From positions 1 to 64,000 of the forward strand of contig JAAILG010000946.1 of assembly GCA_012026655.1 (NCBI GenBank): a stretch of DNA of 64,000 nucleotides, in the 5' to 3' direction. The notes beneath the pieces are model-generated. The model was given only the letters and a program-made list of their open reading frames with translations. It ran no database searches and was not told where the DNA came from. Origin of the DNA: Hydrolagus affinis. Lineage: Eukaryota. Positions 63,947-64,000 of this stretch are shown in pieces (positions within the stretch are counted from its first letter, which is position 1; every line of letters begins with the position of its first letter). The translations under genes and the position numbers were made by a program.

Positions 63947-64000
63947 CCCTTAAAACCTATAAATCAAGAAATAGTGATCAAGAAAATGTTGTTGGCTAGC

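Overview
Vertebrate genomic DNA, most likely a cartilaginous fish; this is inferred from the repeat content (Deu-domain tRNA-SINEs with L2 tails, shark-type CR1 tails, Penelope-like fragments). Two convergent genes can be spliced by hand. The first is a complete peripherin-2-like gene (PRPH2L/rds2, + strand, 3 coding exons, 10965-15972, 361 aa). The second is exons 2-47 of the N-end-rule E3 ligase UBR1 (- strand, 21067-63110, 5172 coding nt in one open frame; exon 1 lies beyond the window). A CpG-rich housekeeping promoter (CCAAT, GC boxes, ZNF143/THAP11 motif) occupies 1-480, probably TTBK2 by synteny. The most unusual signals are: (i) a 44/45-bp long-range inverted repeat in the PRPH2L 3' UTR with a single A:C mismatch and a variant poly(A) signal between its arms; (ii) overlapping convergent poly(A) signals of the two genes; (iii) a thrice-repeated composite GATTACT..TGCACTGACA motif upstream of PRPH2L; (iv) Penelope-derived hammerhead-like and hairpin structures in UBR1 introns; (v) a GC-AG intron, a shifted N-glycosylation sequon and an overlapping uORF. 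All of this was read by eye; repeat boundaries are approximate and reference comparisons are from memory.
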